NCBI GenBank assembly: GCA_963702845.1
Contig: OY969763.1
Coordinates: 3,200,001 to 3,264,000 of the forward strand
DNA: 64,000 nt
Direction of reading: 5' to 3'
DNA from: an uncultured Verrucomicrobiae bacterium
GTDB taxonomy: Bacteria > Verrucomicrobiota > Verrucomicrobiia > Limisphaerales > Palsa-1400
Each line of letters opens with the position of its first letter. Position 1 is the first letter of the stretch. A program made the translations under genes and the position numbers. Shown here piece after piece: positions 61,127-64,000 of the stretch. Under the pieces are notes generated by a model, which saw nothing but the letters and a program-made list of their open reading frames with translations, ran no database searches and was not told the DNA's origin.

Positions 61127-61943
61127 CCAGCCCATGCTCCGACGTCGACGCGATGCATCTCGCTCCGTTGTGCGACGGCACGTTCATTACCACATGCGTC
61201 GTCTCAACCGCCCGTGCCTTCGGAATCTGCCCGGCTACCGGCGCGGTCCCGACGACTTATCTAAAGCCATCACTGCCATGAACCGCGCCATCCGCGCCCA
61301 TCGCCGACTAGCCAAGCTGGCTCCTGAAATCTTCGACTCTACCGAAGTGAACCGCCTCGCTCACCGCCGCAGGCAAGACGCCGAATGGCAAGCCGTTTGG
61401 GAACCCGCACTGATCGAAGTCTACGGACCGTCTCCTCCCGAAGAGTCCCATCGTGACCCTTTAGCAGACCAACCACAGTTACCACGATGTGCTCGCACCC
61501 GACGTGTCATTGAGCGCGAATACGCCGAATGGAAATTCTGGATGGAAGCCAGCCACATCGCCCAAAAACGCTACCAACAACGTCGGCCTCATGCGCTGCC
61601 GTCACTCTGCCAACTGGCCCGACTCCTTGATGCCGCGATGACTCTCGGCCGTCTCGCCTGCGGATCGTTCAATCCCGCTTCAGAACCGCCCGCCCACGCG
61701 CAAGCGTTGACAGATCTCAAACGCGCCTACGGCCCCGAAGCTTTAGCCGCAAGAGAGGCCGAAGCTTTGGAGAGACAGAAGGCTGCGCCGCCCCCGCAAC
61801 CGCCTCCAGTTCCACCCCCACCTTACGCCGATACAAAAAGAGACATCATCCAGGTTCCTTTGCCACCACGCCCCCTTCCGCGAAATCGGGCCGACGAACA
61901 CCCGGTTGCGCGCCTGTTTAACGACCTGTTCGGAGTGCAATAA
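61116..61943 (+). CDS. Hypothetical Arg-rich helical protein with Pro-rich tail
   Basis: 275-aa ORF downstream of the HTH gene. No recognisable family; start uncertain. A fragment recurs at 28065. Confidence 0.55.
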   Translation: MVKFQPMLRRRRDASRSVVRRHVHYHMRRLNRPCLRNLPGYRRGPDDLSKAITAMNRAIRAHRRLAKLAPEIFDSTEVNRLAHRRRQDAEWQAVWEPALIEVYGPSPPEESHRDPLADQPQLPRCARTRRVIEREYAEWKFWMEASHIAQKRYQQRRPHALPSLCQLARLLDAAMTLGRLACGSFNPASEPPAHAQALTDLKRAYGPEALAAREAEALERQKAAPPPQPPPVPPPPYADTKRDIIQVPLPPRPLPRNRADEHPVARLFNDLFGVQ

Positions 61944-62059
61944 CAAATTCACGTGGTCCAGTCAGGAATGCCTCCTTCCGTCTGTGTCCATCTGCGGTGA
62001 CTCAATCAGATTGACTAACCCCCTGTGCATATTAATCTCCGCTCAATTCTCCAGAACGA

Positions 62060-62749
62060 TTGAAACAGTGCCCCTATTGCGGAAAAGAATATCCTGACGA
62101 GATCAGGGACTGTCCGATTGATGAAACGCGGCTCGTTGTCGCAAAGGAAAATCCGCGCGTCGAAACAGTCCAGACAGTCCTGACATACGATTCTCCTCCG
62201 TCGACGCCAAACAGCCGTCGTTATGATTACAACGGCAGAATGTATTTTCGCCGCAAGACCGCAGTGGGTTTGGGTGTCGTTGGATTGCTAAACTTATACT
62301 TCGCTGCCACGAACGACCGTGGCTTGATCATCAAAAATTTCGGCGCGCAATTCGACAAAGACGGAGCCACTGTTTTTTACCTGTTTGTAGGACTCGCATG
62401 CAGTCTGCCCGCGGTGCACTTTGCACTTGCCTGGTGGCGCAACAAACGTCATCCGCAATCCATAACGATGGATGAAGAAGCGATTTGGATTTCTGCCAAT
62501 CCAACCGGTTACCATAAGATAAATCTCTCGGACATTATCTCGCTGACGGACAAATTGAGCCCTCACGAGCATCGAAGTCATCGCGAAGCTCTCCATGGTG
62601 ACGCTATCAAACCTCGAGGCCTGGTCATTTGCACAGTGCATGGCGAATTTAGAATCGTTTACCTTGGCCTCTCGCCAACGGATTACGAAGAGATAAAAAC
62701 GCGACTCGAGCTCCACTTCGGAACCACCATCGCTAAAGTAATGGCATAG
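62060..62749 (+). CDS. Membrane protein with N-terminal zinc ribbon
   Basis: TTG start, KQCPYCGKEYPDEIRDCPIDE, two hydrophobic segments. Confidence 0.7.
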   Translation: MKQCPYCGKEYPDEIRDCPIDETRLVVAKENPRVETVQTVLTYDSPPSTPNSRRYDYNGRMYFRRKTAVGLGVVGLLNLYFAATNDRGLIIKNFGAQFDKDGATVFYLFVGLACSLPAVHFALAWWRNKRHPQSITMDEEAIWISANPTGYHKINLSDIISLTDKLSPHEHRSHREALHGDAIKPRGLVICTVHGEFRIVYLGLSPTDYEEIKTRLELHFGTTIAKVMA

Positions 62750-62986
62750 GATTTAAGTCATCGCGAAGCCGCTCCGAAATCGCGTTTGTTATGCTCGTGC
62801 CGTTTTTCGTTGTCAGCCGCCATCAAACGTATAGGATACAGATAACCAGCACAGAAAAAGCGTCTGACCGACTAACAACTTCGATGCCGCGTTTGCAAGA
62901 ATTTCGGGAAACCATGGTGAAACTCTATACTGACTCGCTCAGCGCCTGCCCTTTTGTCCCAACTAAGTAATCCGAACCAAGACACC

Positions 62987-64000
62987 ATGAAAACCTCATC
63001 CCACTCGCTCTGGGCGACGTGTATTCGCCTCACCCTCGTGTTCGTCACCGCACTGCTCGCCCTTTCGGCACATGCGACGGGGTCGTCAACCGTCGTCATC
63101 AGCCAGGTATATGGCGGTGGTGGTAACAGTGGCGCGACATACCAAAATGACTTTGTTGAACTGTTCAACAAAAGCGGAACGGCCGTAAGCCTGAACGGCT
63201 GGTCGATTCAATACGCTTCAGCAGCTGGCACCTTCGGAGCTAATGACTTGAATCTGCCAAACGTCAGCATTCAGCCCGGACAATATTATTTGATTCAGCT
63301 AGCCAGTGGCGGCGCCGTCGGCTTGGTGTTGCCGACGCCCGATGCGACCGGTACGATAAATATGTCTGGAACAGCGGGCAAGGTAGCTTTGGCGAATACG
63401 ACGACCGGGTTGGGCACGGTAACCCTGCCCGACGCACGAATCGTTGACTTGATTGGCTATGGATCCACGGCTAGCGTCAGTGAAGGCGGCACAAAAGCAC
63501 CCGCTCCGTCGAACACGACTTCGGACCAGCGCGGCAGTAGCGGTTGCTCTGATACAGACAATAACGCTAACGATTTTACCACTGGCACCCCGGCACCACG
63601 CAACTCTGCCACAGCCACGCATTCATGTGGAGCAGGAGCTCCCACCCAAGTACGCATTGAAACAGCGAACGACGGAACCGGCGCTGCCGTTGGCACAATC
63701 AATGTCGCAGCAGGCGCATCTCTTACTGTTTATGCAGTCGCGCGTGACGCGTCGTTAAACTTCATCAGTGCAACTAACGGCACCTGGTCGTTCGCCAGCA
63801 AAACTGGCGGTGTAGTTGACGGCGACCTCGTTGCCGCTGGAGGTGGATTCAGCGCCACATTGACAGGCCACGTTACCGGCACGGCAGTCATCGACGTCGC
63901 AACTGCAGGACTCACAAGTGTCGACTCAGGGACGATTACCGTCACCAATGGCACCCCAACTCAACTGAGCATCGAAACTCAAGCAAACGGCAACGGCAGC
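62987..64000 (+). CDS. Secreted lamin-tail-domain protein (3' partial)
   Basis: Manual translation: MKTSSHSLWATCIRLTLVFVTALLALSAHA, VVISQVYGGGGNSGATYQNDFVELFN..GWSIQYAS..IVDLIGYG..DTDNNANDF, then PTQVRIETANDGTG modules. Confidence 0.88.
   Translation, partial: MKTSSHSLWATCIRLTLVFVTALLALSAHATGSSTVVISQVYGGGGNSGATYQNDFVELFNKSGTAVSLNGWSIQYASAAGTFGANDLNLPNVSIQPGQYYLIQLASGGAVGLVLPTPDATGTINMSGTAGKVALANTTTGLGTVTLPDARIVDLIGYGSTASVSEGGTKAPAPSNTTSDQRGSSGCSDTDNNANDFTTGTPAPRNSATATHSCGAGAPTQVRIETANDGTGAAVGTINVAAGASLTVYAVARDASLNFISATNGTWSFASKTGGVVDGDLVAAGGGFSATLTGHVTGTAVIDVATAGLTSVDSGTITVTNGTPTQLSIETQANGNGS

Noticed and set aside
62575..62769. 15-bp direct repeat AAGTCATCGCGAAGC (62575 and 62755)
   Set aside because: Single short pair with one copy inside a CDS; no supporting structure.

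Overview
Accessory-looking 64-kb bacterial region. The protein styles suggest Verrucomicrobiota (Pedosphaera-like), which is an inference. It encodes several very large secreted repeat proteins (lamin-tail, Ig-like, DUF5011-like, autotransporter-associated beta-strand, LamG, Kelch, delta-60 and GloVer-type repeats) and three TMTC-like GT-C/TPR membrane proteins around an FAD oxidoreductase. It also carries a CHASE2-Ser/Thr kinase / FecR-TPR-beta-barrel / ECF sigma module, two histidine kinases, engB, a rhomboid-Sel1 protein, a sulfatase, a methyltransferase and an M3 peptidase. The most unusual signal is non-coding. Ten same-strand fragments of one ~0.5-kb hairpin-rich sequence sit between gene blocks from 10 to 60 kb. 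They tile into a single consensus that runs straight into a small HTH gene (60533-60943), followed by phased 11-bp direct repeats and a second unknown ORF. Five copies share the same left end, and several right ends abut cargo-gene stop codons, so the region looks like a cassette array with no integrase or transposase in the window. Two different MITEs are nested in these repeats. No rRNA, tRNA or CRISPR array was recognised. All coordinates and alignments were read by eye.
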